Source: Eledone cirrhosa (lineage: Eukaryota). From it: a stretch of DNA of 64,000 nt. The notes under the pieces are model-generated. The model had not been told where the DNA came from, searched no databases, and worked only from the letters and a program-made list of their open reading frames with translations. The stretch is from assembly GCA_964016885.1 (NCBI GenBank), contig OZ024740.1:91450001-91514000 (forward strand), read 5' to 3'. Numbering within the stretch: position 1 is the stretch's first letter; every line of letters begins with the position of its first letter. The position numbers and the translations under genes were made by a program. This document shows positions 35,001 to 47,767 of the stretch, in pieces.

Positions 35001-37301
35001 CTACCCCCCCGGGTCATTATGGGGTTTGAGGGCGAGGTAAGTCCTACGCAATCTATGTTTACATGCAGTAACCAGTTCATCTTTCTTGTTTAGGAGTTGG
35101 TCCGTCGAAAACAGCATTTGTAAAGTTTCCTCCGAGCATAAATTGCACGGACGGCGTCCTCCCGTGTAAGAATTGGCTCTGGACAGTAATCTCCAAGTGA
35201 GATCATAGGTGATGTTGTTGTCCTTGAGGTCCCATATGTGGCCCGAAAGTGTAGTGGCGTGACGCCGGGCCGGGTTTCGGAAGGTATGTCTATGTTGGTA
35301 TAGCCGGGTCTTGAAGTCACATGCGGTAAGTCCTATATAGGCTTTGTTGGAGGTATCCGTCCTCACGTTGCACTGGTAGATCACATTACGGTCTCTGCAT
35401 CTATTGTCGAGTGGGCAAATAGATCTATCCGGGCAGTTACACCTCCTGGTCGGTTCTCCACTGCTAATTAGGTTATTTCTGCCATCGGGGTTGAGTTTTT
35501 TGTTGTTAGAGGAGACGATGTTTTGTGCGAAATTTGGTGTAGTGCTGTAAGAGAGTTTGATGGTATTTTTGTTAATTATGTTGTGGTAGCGGTGTTGTAA
35601 TGGGAAGTGTTTTTCAATGAGCCTAAAGAATAGTTTCCCGATGGGAGTAGTCACCTCTGCGTTGTGGGGAGGATTGAACCATGTTACATTGCGTGAGCGG
35701 CGGTGTCTCCTGCTGGTTCCGCTAATGGGAGCTGGACAGTAGGATATTTCCTCCCGGAAACCACTCCGCTTGAGGGCCTGATTGTAATAAGGCGCATGTT
35801 CATCGAATATCCGCTCATTAGCTGACAAACGGGATATGCGGAGGGAGATGTTTTTGACCAGGTTGTTTGTGATATTCCTAGGATGGTTTGATCGGCGGTG
35901 GATGTAGTGCAGATTGTCATTAGGTTTCCTGTATGGGTAGTACAGGTCGTTTTCGAGGTCGAGGGTTACGTCCAGGAAGTTTACTCGGGTCAGGGACGTT
36001 TGTAGGGTTATTTTAAATCCCCAGTCGCCGAAGAATCTGATTAATTGTTTCCGGACCCGATCTGTACTACTGGGGTTGTACCCTTTAAGGGTAAGGAGCC
36101 CATCATCACGGTACAATCCACCACCGAATGCAGGAAACATATCAGTGAGTTTGGCTATTAGGAATAATCCTATAAGATCAGTGACCTCCGCCGAATCCGT
36201 GGCGCCCATGCTGACGTCGAAGGGTGAGTCGGGAGCTCTTTTTATCCATTTAGAGTTGTCAAAGAGTAAGACTGTCTTCCTGGCGTGGAGGATGATTTTT
36301 CTTTCCTGGTCGGTGATGGGCACGAGTGTTTCGGCGAAGTCCAAGGCGGCAGTAAGTAGCGGTAAGGTGATTGAAGCATAGTAGCTCTCTATGTCGAACT
36401 GTATGAATTTAGTTTCTCGTTTATCCTCCATATTGCTGAACCAGGAGATTACTTCCTGGGTGTTGATCCATAGGCTAAGTCGGGTGTGTTGCTTGACTTT
36501 TGGTATCACGCGGTCTAGGATTTTTTTGCTGATTCTCCCTATGTCGGACTTCGTTGGGTTAATAAGCCTGATGGAGGGTTTACGGTCAAAATCGGATTTA
36601 TGGTCCTTCAGTGTGAAGTATGGTGTCCGTGGGTCTAGAGGTTCCGTGCGGTCGGCGACCCCGAGGCTGGAGGTGATTTGTTGTCCATCTCGATTTATGT
36701 CCTCGATACAAGAGTGGTTGGCCTTTTTATAGGTGGAGTTTAGGCTGCTCCTGATCAGTGTGTGGTATCTGTCAGGGTTGACAAAGTATAGGTTCCCAGT
36801 TTTATCCGAATGCACCATGATGTCATTTGTGTTATCATACTCTGTTAGGTTGCTACGGAGTTTTTGTAGGAATCGGTTGTGTCTGGGTTTAAATTTAATG
36901 TTCTTGACCAGTTGGAAGAGGTCATTCTCGAAGGGTGCGAGCAAGGGGTTCAGGGGCGGAGATTTGTAGGTAATAAATCCGAATCTCTCCTTGGTGCTGA
37001 AGTCTTGGTTGTCGCAATATCTGTCATAGAAAAAAGTTCTCCATCTAAGTCTTTTCGCAAATAGATCAATTTTTTGCGTGAGCATCCGAAGGTAAAGTTT
37101 TTTTGGTGGGATTGGGATGTTCTTGGTAGAGAAGTCAATGTTGTGTTTTCGCATGGTGCGGGTGAAATGAATTGAGCTTAGCGGAAAAGTCTGGATACGG
37201 CGTGGTAGGGTCGGAAAGTGCTCTACTACGGGAGTAGGAGCTAGATAACGAAGGAAATGTGGTAAGGAACCAGGTGGACCATAACGCACCAAAGTACTCA
37301 A
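35001..37301 (-). CDS. PLE RT + GIY-YIG endonuclease, intact (copy 4)
   Basis: Same haplotype as copy 2 (FFGDW, short C run). First ATG at 37154. Confidence 0.95.
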   Translation of the reverse strand: MSTLVRYGPPGSLPHFLRYLAPTPVVEHFPTLPRRIQTFPLSSIHFTRTMRKHNIDFSTKNIPIPPKKLYLRMLTQKIDLFAKRLRWRTFFYDRYCDNQDFSTKERFGFITYKSPPLNPLLAPFENDLFQLVKNIKFKPRHNRFLQKLRSNLTEYDNTNDIMVHSDKTGNLYFVNPDRYHTLIRSSLNSTYKKANHSCIEDINRDGQQITSSLGVADRTEPLDPRTPYFTLKDHKSDFDRKPSIRLINPTKSDIGRISKKILDRVIPKVKQHTRLSLWINTQEVISWFSNMEDKRETKFIQFDIESYYASITLPLLTAALDFAETLVPITDQERKIILHARKTVLLFDNSKWIKRAPDSPFDVSMGATDSAEVTDLIGLFLIAKLTDMFPAFGGGLYRDDGLLTLKGYNPSSTDRVRKQLIRFFGDWGFKITLQTSLTRVNFLDVTLDLENDLYYPYRKPNDNLHYIHRRSNHPRNITNNLVKNISLRISRLSANERIFDEHAPYYNQALKRSGFREEISYCPAPISGTSRRHRRSRNVTWFNPPHNAEVTTPIGKLFFRLIEKHFPLQHRYHNIINKNTIKLSYSTTPNFAQNIVSSNNKKLNPDGRNNLISSGEPTRRCNCPDRSICPLDNRCRDRNVIYQCNVRTDTSNKAYIGLTACDFKTRLYQHRHTFRNPARRHATTLSGHIWDLKDNNITYDLTWRLLSRANSYTGGRRPCNLCSEETLQMLFSTDQLLNKKDELVTACKHRLRRTYLALKPHNDPGG

Positions 37302-37339
37302 TACTTGAGGTAGTAGAGTGGGTAATAGGAACCAGTAAG

Positions 37340-37433
37340 ACCCCGACAGCTGAGCTCAAGCCGTTTCGACGGCTAATTCTGGACTAAATGAAAATTTATC
37401 CTGGTATTTAAATAGCCGATCTTCTCAAGGGGT
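37340..37433 (-). ncRNA. Type I hammerhead ribozyme, U3-A8 variant (unit 5)
   Basis: Identical to 23170-23263. Confidence 0.7.
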
Positions 37434-38542
37434 AATTCCATATATGGTCAAAGTGATTGTCAAAAATCAGTAGTAATTCTGTGGTTGCAAATTAGTAGGG
37501 GAGATGGTGGCTAAACCTGCCAGTAGGAGAAAGAGGGGAGGGGGTGGAGTAGACCCAATCAAGCGTTGGTAGTGCCAGCTACAGCTGGGCATGAGGTCAA
37601 AGAAGATACAGGGGAGGGGAGGGGGAGGAAGTCGGAACGGTAGGTAGAACAATGGGGGGTAGAAATAGGAAAGAAAAAATACTGAGAGTGAAGAAAAGCA
37701 AATAAGTGTAAAGAAAAAGAAAAAGTAAAGTAAATTAAATTCAACGACCTAGGTGTCAGGCTATTGTTAGGCGAGAATAAAATAAAGAAAGAAAGAAAGA
37801 AGTAAATAAATAAATAAATAAATAAATAAGGAAATAAGTAAGAGAACTAGGTGGGACGGTTAAGGCAAGGACCCTTTTAAGAGGTATAAGTACGTAAATG
37901 ATACGGTGACGGGTCAACAAAAGGGGCCAAAATACTAAAGAGACTACCACGAAATAAACAATAAAGGTTTCCATCCCGGGCCAGCAACGACCCAGTGCAG
38001 CAAAGTGAACTTGTACGAGATAATAATTCTGAGTCCCGGGAAAAATATATACTAATGCTAACTCTAAAAGATCTAAAACAAGCTACATGAAAGTTCGTAC
38101 GAAATAAAGGTAGAATACGGAGAAATAAATTCAGAATCCACCCCGCCCAGAAGAAAAGCGAAGCAAGAAATACTGAAACGAAAAAATAAGGCATAAGTGC
38201 CACTAAGAAATATAGAGGGCACAGAGAATAGTGGGAGCGGTCGGAAAAAGGGGGAAAGTATCCGGGGTCTAAGCCAACTGCTATAAAGGGCGGAGTCCGC
38301 CAAATCTATCAAAGACTAGGGGAGGGTGGGGGGGTACTAAGGCTACATGGGGCCAAAGGGCAGCCTCGGGTGGGCGAGAAAAGACGCCGACAAAGGAGAA
38401 GAGCTGGGGTAGAAGGACAAAGGAGAGAGGGGGGAAGGAAATAAAGGAAGCGATAAAAGAATACAAAGAAGATCTTACGTCTTCCTTGGCAAGCAGGGGT
38501 TACCCATTGCAAAATCGGCAACTGGGGTGTTATAGCCCTAGT

Positions 38543-39170
38543 CTACCCCCCCGGGTCATTATGGGGTTTGAGGGCGAGGTAAGTCCTACGCAATCTATGT
38601 TTACATGCAGTAACCAGTTCATCTTTCTTGTTTAGGAGTTGGTCCGTCGAAAACAGCATTTGTAAAGTTTCCTCCGAGCATAAATTGCACGGACGGCGTC
38701 CTCCCGTGTAAGAATTGGCTCTGGACAGTAATCTCCAAGTGAGATCATAGGTGATGTTGTTGTCCTTGAGGTCCCATATGTGGCCCGAAAGTGTAGTGGC
38801 GTGACGCCGGGCCGGGTTTCGGAAGGTATGTCTATGTTGGTATAGCCGGGTCTTGAAGTCACATGCGGTAAGTCCTATATAGGCTTTGTTGGAGGTATCC
38901 GTCCTCACGTTGCACTGGTAGATCACATTACGGTCTCTGCATCTATTGTCGAGTGGGCAAATAGATCTATCCGGGCAGTTACACCTCCTGGTCGGTTCTC
39001 CACTGCTAATTAGGTTATTTCTGCCATCGGGGTTGAGTTTTTTGTTGTTAGAGGAGACGATGTTTTGTGCGAAGTTTGGTGTAGTGCTGTAAGAGAGTTT
39101 GATGGTATTTTTGTTAATTATGTTGTGGTAGCGGTGTTGTAATGGGAAGTGTTTTTCAATGAGCCTAAAT
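38543..39170 (-). pseudogene. 5'-truncated fifth ORF copy (linker + GIY-YIG only)
   Basis: Matches the 3' ~630 nt of the ORF, then runs directly into the 55-bp satellite. Confidence 0.92.
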
Positions 39171-42100
39171 AATTATGTTGTGGTAGCGGTGTTGTAATGG
39201 GAAGTGTTTTTCAATGAGCCTAAAGAATTATGTTGTGGTAGCGGTGTTGTAATGGGAAGTGTTTTTCAATGAGCCTAAAGAATTATGTTGTGGTAGCGGT
39301 GTTGTAATGGGAAGTGTTTTTCAATGAGCCTAAAGAATTATGTTGTGGTAGCGGTGTTGTAATGGGAAGTGTTTTTCAATGAGCCTAAAGAATTATATTG
39401 TGGTAGCGGTGTTGTAATGGGAAGTGTTTTTCAATGAGCCTAAAGAATTATGTTGTGGTAGCGGTGTTGTAATGGGAAGTGTTTTTCAATGAGCCTAAAG
39501 AATTATGTTGTGGTAGCGGTGTTGTAATGGGAAGTGTTTTTCAATGAGCCTAAAGAATTATGTTGTGGTAGCGGTGTTGTAATGGGAAGTGTTTTTCAAT
39601 GAGCCTAAAGAATTATGTTGTGGTAGCGGTGTTGTAATGGGAAGTGTTTTTCAATGAGCCTAAAGAATTATGTTGTGGTAGCGGTGTTGTAATGGGAAGT
39701 GTTTTTCAATGAGCCTAAAGAATTATGTTGTGGTAGCGGTGTTGTAATGGGAAGTGTTTTTCAATGAGCCTAAAGAATTATGTTGTGGTAGCGGTGTTGT
39801 AATGGGAAGTGTTTTTCAATGAGCCTAAAGAATTATGTTGTGGTAGCGGTGTTGTAATGGGAAGTGTTTTTCAATGAGCCTAAAGAACTATGTTGTGGTA
39901 GCGGTGTTGTAATGGGAAGTGTTTTTCAATGAGCCTAAAGAATTATGTTGTGGTAGCGGTGTTGTAATGGGAAGTGTTTTTCAATGAGCCTAAAGAATTA
40001 TGTTGTGGTAGCGGTGTTGTAATGGGAAGTGTTTTTCAATGAGCCTAAAGAATTATGTTGTGGTAGCGGTGTTGTAATGGGAAGTGTTTTTCAATGAGCC
40101 TAAAGAATTATGTTGTGGTAGCGGTGTTGTAATGGGAAGTGTTTTTCAATGAGCCTAAAGAATTATGTTGTGGTAGCGGTGTTGTAATGGGAAGTGTTTT
40201 TCAATGAGCCTAAAGAATTATGTTGTGGTAGCGGTGTTGTAATGGGAAGTGTTTTTCAATGAGCCTAAAGAATTATGTTGTGGTAGCGGTGTTGTAATGG
40301 GAAGTGTTTTTCAATGAGCCTAAAGAATTATGTTGTGGTAGCGGTGTTGTAATGGGAAGTGTTTTTCAATGAGCCTAAAGAATTATGTTGTGGTAGCGGT
40401 GTTGTAATGGGAAGTGTTTTTCAATGAGCCTAAAGAATTATGTTGTGGTAGCGGTGTTGTAATGGGAAGTGTTTTTCAATGAGCCTAAAGAATTATGTTG
40501 TGGTAGCGGTGTTGTAATGGGAAGTGTTTTTCAATGAGCCTAAAGAATTATGTTGTGGTAGCGGTGTTGTAATGGGAAGTGTTTTTCAATGAGCCTAAAG
40601 AATTATGTTGTGGTAGCGGTGTTGTAATGGGAAGTGTTTTTCAATGAGCCTAAAGAATTATGTTGTGGTAGCGGTGTTGTAATGGGAAGTGTTTTTCAAT
40701 GAGCCTAAAGAATTATGTTGTGGTAGCGGTGTTGTAATGGGAAGTGTTTTTCAATGAGCCTAAAGAATTATGTTGTGGTAGCGGTGTTGTAATGGGAAGT
40801 GTTTTTCAATGAGCCTAAAGAATTATGTTGTGGTAGCGGTGTTGTAATGGGAAGTGTTTTTCAATGAGCCTAAAGAATTATGTTGTGGTAGCGGTGTTGT
40901 AATGGGAAGTGTTTTTCAATGAGCCTAAAGAATTATGTTGTGGTAGCGGTGTTGTAATGGGAAGTGTTTTTCAATGAGCCTAAAGAATTATGTTGTGGTA
41001 GCGGTGTTGTAATGGGAAGTGTTTTTCAATGAGCCTAAAGAATTATGTTGTGGTAGCGGTGTTGTAATGGGAAGTGTTTTTCAATGAGCCTAAAGAATTA
41101 TGTTGTGGTAGCGGTGTTGTAATGGGAAGTGCTTTTCAATGAGCCTAAAGAATTATGTTGTGGTAGCGGTGTTGTAATGGGAAGTGCTTTTCAATGAGCC
41201 TAAAGAATTATGTTGTGGTAGCGGTGTTGTAATGGGAAGTGCTTTTCAATGAGCCTAAAGAATTATGTTGTGGTAGCGGTGTTGTAATGGGAAGTGTTTT
41301 TCAATGAGCCTAAAGAATTATGTTGTGGTAGCGGTGTTGTAATGGGAAGTGTTTTTCAATGAGCCTAAAGAATTATGTTGTGGTAGCGGTGTTGTAATGG
41401 GAAGTGTTTTTCAATGAGCCTAAAGAATTATGTTGTGGTAGCGGTGTTGTAATGGGAAGTGTTTTTCAATGAGCCTAAAGAATTATGTTGTGGTAGCGGT
41501 GTTGTAATGGGAAGTGTTTTTCAATGAGCCTAAAGAATTATGTTGTGGTAGCGGTGTTGTAATGGGAAGTGTTTTTCAATGAGCCTAAAGAATTATGTTG
41601 TGGTAGCGGTGTTGTAATGGGAAGTGTTTTTCAATGAGCCTAAAGAATTATGTTGTGGTAGCGGTGTTGTAATGGGAAGTGTTTTTCAATGAGCCTAAAG
41701 AATTATGTTGTGGTAGCGGTGTTGTAATGGGAAGTGTTTTTCAATGAGCCTAAAGAATTATGTTGTGGTAGCGGTGTTGTAATGGGAAGTGTTTTTCAAT
41801 GAGCCTAAAGAATTATGTTGTGGTAGCGGTGTTGTAATGGGAAGTGTTTTTCAATGAGCCTAAAGAATTATGTTGTGGTAGCGGTGTTGTAATGGGAAGT
41901 GTTTTTCAATGAGCCTAAAGAATTATGTTGTGGTAGCGGTGTTGTAATGGGAAGTGTTTTTCAATGAGCCTAAAGAATTATGTTGTGGTAGCGGTGTTGT
42001 AATGGGAAGTGTTTTTCAATGAGCCTAAAGAATTATGTTGTGGTAGCGGTGTTGTAATGGGAAGTGTTTTTCAATGAGCCTAAAGAATTATGTTGTGGTA

Positions 42101-42741
42101 GCGGTGTTGTAATGGGAAGTGTTTTTCAATGAGCCTAAAGAATTATGTTGTGGTAGCGGTGTTGTAATGGGAAGTGTTTTTCAATGAGCCTAAAGAATTA
42201 TGTTGTGGTAGCGGTGTTGTAATGGGAAGTGTTTTTCAATGAGCCTAAAGAATTATGTTGTGGTAGCGGTGTTGTAATGGGAAGTGTTTTTCAATGAGCC
42301 TAAAGAATTATGTTGTGGTAGCGGTGTTGTAATGGGAAGTGTTTTTCAATGAGCCTAAAGAATTATGTTGTGGTAGCGGTGTTGTAATGGGAAGTGTTTT
42401 TCAATGAGCCTAAACAATTATGTTGTGGTAGCGGTGTTGTAATGGGAAGTGTTTTTCAATGAGCCTAAAGAATTATGTTGTGGTAGCGGTGTTGTAATGG
42501 GAAGTGTTTTTCAATGAGCCTAAAGAATTATGTTGTGGTAGCGGTGTTGTAATGGGAAGTGTTTTTCAATGAGCCTAAAGAATTATGTTGTGGTAGCGGT
42601 GTTGTAATGGGAAGTGTTTTTCAATGAGCCTAAAGAATTATGTTGTGGTAGCGGTGTTGTAATGGGAAGTGTTTTTCAATGAGCCTAAAGAATTATGTTG
42701 TGGTAGCGGTGTTGTAATGGGAAGTGTTTTTCAATGAGCCT
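39116..42741. repeat. 55-bp tandem satellite, 65 full units + one 51-nt partial unit, derived from the PLE ORF
   Basis: Unit aattatgttgtggtagcggtgttgtaatgggaagtgtttttcaatgagcctaaag is identical to 24947-25001; only about 7 variant bases seen. Confidence 0.97.
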
Positions 42742-44138
<1,397 letters not shown>

Positions 44139-44680
44139 ATAATAATTTCAAACCCGCTCGCTGTTTCGAAAATAGTCTTACTCGATATTGAAATTACGAA
44201 CTTGTGCATCTGCTGTGGTGTCAAACACAAACGCACACGTCCGCACAGATGAGCAATGGACTATGCCACGTGGGTTGAACTTGCAAGTGAATTGAAGGAT
44301 GTGTAATAATAAATAATATACAGATTATTTATTATTAAGATGTATAAACTTGACATAACTATTATCATTTTATATTCTCTCAACTAATCACATTTGATTA
44401 TATTTCTCTATCCCGTTTTCTTCCCCCATATTTATAATATTTTTATTTGACAACATCGGTTTTTTTACATTGTGTTTTTCCCTTCTAATACTTGCTTATA
44501 TTTGTTTATATATTCTCTATATATGTTTTTATATATATATTTTTTTATCTTTATTCTTATATTCACTCTTATCCTCTTTTATATTTTACCTTATTCTTAC
44601 TTTTATACCTTATTATAGTGTAATCTTCCCCATGCCTTATTATACATTATTAAATATAGATTATTATTATTACTCTTATT

Positions 44681-44865
44681 GGGCGGTGGATTGGCAGTAT
44701 CGGTAGAGGGTCGGACGCCATGCTTTCCAGCATAGTTACGTCCCTTTACGATCTGAGTTCAAATCCCGCCGAGGTTGACTTTGCCTTTCATCCTTACGGG
44801 GTCGATAAAATAAAGTACCAGTAATGCACTGGGTAATTGCTGGCCTTGTACCTAAAGTAGAAACA
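44681..44865 (+). mobile_element. tRNA-derived SINE with 18-bp target-site duplication
   Basis: A-box-like TGGCAGTATCGG, B-box GAGTTCAAATCC, central GCCTTTCATCC..GGGTCGATAAAAT.AAGTACCAG (resembles the Deu/Nin SINE domain, from memory). TSD attattattactcttatt at 44663-44680 and 44866-44883. Confidence 0.85.
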
Positions 44866-46262
44866 ATTATTATTACTCTTATTCCATTTCTAATTACCTC
44901 ATGTACTTTCTTATCCGTTATATATATAGTGTATGCCCTTTGTGTGTGTGTAGCCTCTCCACACCCTCTGCACCCTTCTATCGACGCCACCCCATCTATG
45001 TCTCCACTAACCACTCGACTCCCGGCAATGAATATGACCACAGCTAATAAACAAGGTCCCACACCCCACACCCCCGCACCAAAATTAGACTTATCGTCCC
45101 CTGCTTTTACTGTTTACTCTCTTTATTCTTTGTTCTTGAATGATTGGTTGGTAGAGTCCATAACACCAATCAAACCCCATTTATAGATCTGAAGAAACCT
45201 ACGGTTACGTAAGGAAGAAATATTGTAAACCAATGAAAAAGATGTTGATGTTGTAGACGCTCTTGTGTTCTTTATCATATATATATATATATATATATAC
45301 TTCAGTTAAATATTGATGCAATTCAATTCATGCACTCAACGTATTTTTCTACATGGCAGTGTCGGAATATTTATCGAATAAGAATGCGATGTAATTTCAG
45401 ATGTTAAAGTCCTTTAATAATAATGCTGTGATACATCATTCACTGACAACAGTGGCCACATGGTTTGGTGCGCCCAGTGCCGTGACATTATCAGACAGCT
45501 TGTTACATAATAAGGTTATGTTGCCGAGGTAATCCAAATTGAATCGACATGGGAACGGACAAAACGTGTGCTCTTGAGTTCTTCGCCCGTTCCCTTGTGA
45601 GCCCCAATTCACCCCCACCGGTCTGCGCAGGCGCAAGTCCGAAGGAATTTGACCATCAAGTATCGTAGAGTTCTACAAAACTCGCCTAGGCAGGGCCCCC
45701 TCTCAACCCCTCCCCAGGCCTGTAATATGACACAGTTACAGCTTACTGCTAGCCACCCTGTTAGTGGCAGTCAGCCGAAAGCTAGTGGGGGTAGGAGAGT
45801 ATGGGTATCAATAGATCCCACTACTACCACTAAATTAAGCATGGACAGTAGAATTGACCATCAACTGCTAAGAGAATATATACTTATTTCTAGGTATTAC
45901 GGTTTCACAGTGGAATTTATGAATGAGAGTTGGAAATTAACAAAAACATTACAAATAAAAAATCAATAATTAAACAAAATTACAAGTTAGAATCTAGTTT
46001 GAAGTAAGTAAAACATATATATATATATATGTACATATGATAACTAATAAAGAGGGAGATATTTAAGTTATAGTAACTTCTGAAATTACTTCGCTTTCTT
46101 ATATAAATATATATATATATATATATGGAAAGTTATATTTAAAATTGTTGGGTTACAACTAGTAAATATTTATAACTGATATAAAAGCACTCGACAAATA
46201 TTTGGAGTATATTTACAATATTAAATAAATGGAAACTATATTTATAAAACCATATTTATTTC

Positions 46263-46320
46263 ATTATATATATTTCGGGGATATCATATTAACAATATGC
46301 TATGCCTTCCTCAGACAAAA
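46263..46320 (-). ncRNA. Hammerhead-like motif in family B pseudo-LTR (second copy at ~50158-50215)
   Basis: CTGAGGA-aggcatagcatatt gtt aatatgatatcccc-GAAA-TATA-TA; stem I is weak. Confidence 0.4.
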
Positions 46321-47767
46321 TACTATATAAACAGTTTTATAGATAAATAGATTCGACATACCGTTATAACACCGACTTGCATTTGAAGAGGTTAAGCTGG
46401 CAGTGAAAAAATGTTACACAGAGAGAAAGAAAGAGAGAAAAAAAGAGAGAAAAAAGAAAGAAAGACAGAAAACGAAGAAAAGGAAGAAAAAGAAGAAATG
46501 CATGGAACAAAATATAGAGATGGAAAGATAGATAAAGAGAAGAACTTCATGTAAAGAAACAGAAAGAGAGATATATATATATAGAGAGAGGAAATAGAGA
46601 TAGATACATATATATATAGAAAATTAGGTAGTGGGAGGTCATTTTGAGTAAATGTATCAATGATACATTTATTTATTTATTTATTTATTTAGCTCTAGTA
46701 TTAATGTAAGGGAGATATATATAGCGAGAGAAAAAAATATAGTGAGAGAAAAAATAGCGAGAGAAAAAAAAGCGAGAGAAAAAATAGCGAGAGAAAAAAT
46801 TTAAAAATAGCCAGATATATTCGAGGCGTAAAAACCCTATGTCTTAATGTATTAGAATTCATAAAACTTCCACTATATTGTAAATATCAGTATTCCTGAA
46901 TGAGACAAGTATCCATAGTGTGTGAAAATTAATTATCTTATGTTTAGTTTAAAAAAATTCATATGTTTATGTTATAGCTACAAACATCCATGTGAATCCA
47001 CATTATCAACTCTGCAAACTCTATGTTCACGGAAAACATTCTCATTGTGGTATAAAAATTTGAGTATACATATATGTGTATTATTATTCCTGTCTTTACT
47101 CTACAAGATTATCTATCAAGCAGAAATAGAGAGCAGATTTCAATATACTAATAAAAATATATATCAGAAACAAAACTAAAAATAAAAAGATAACAATAAT
47201 AGTAATAAGTAATAATAAAATAGAAAACTAAAAAATAAAAAAATATTACGAAAGAATATTACATATTAAAAATATTACATACTAAAAAATATTACGTATT
47301 AAAAAATGTTACGTATTAAAAAATTTACATATTAAAGAAATTAAAAATAAAAATAAAAAATATTATAAAATACTACAATAATAAAAAATAAAAATAAACC
47401 ACAAAGATCAACCCTTCAAAATGAATTGACAATATATTGCCAAGTTCATTACAAGACAAAGCCAAAAATTATCTATCAAATCACATCTAGCAAAGATCAT
47501 TTCAAAAAGTTTATGATGTCCAATTTAGTCTACATGTGTTCTTATATTTAATATAGAAGTTTATCTAGTGTAAGGTTTATTCAAAATATTTGGAGCATCA
47601 GCTTTTAGGGTAGCTTAATTTTTCATGAGGAATGTTTAAATAAAAATAAAATAAAAATAAACAATAAAAAAAAAAAAAAAAAAAGAATAAAAAGAAGGAA
47701 TCAAAAATTTAGGAATCAAAAATTTATCGGCTAGTTTCCCATATAAATATAAATCAAACTAAATATA

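Noticed and set aside
39116-42741. CRISPR-like regular array
   Set aside because: No unique spacers, eukaryotic context and no cas genes; the unit is an exact piece of the PLE ORF.
45186-45232. CTGAAGA...GAAATATTGT hammerhead-like motif
   Set aside because: Stems I and II pair poorly, and there is no second copy for comparison.
46720-47335. Short ~16-bp tandem repeats (atagcgagagaaaaaa; aaaaatattacatatt)
   Set aside because: Ordinary low-complexity slippage in an AT-rich 3' UTR.
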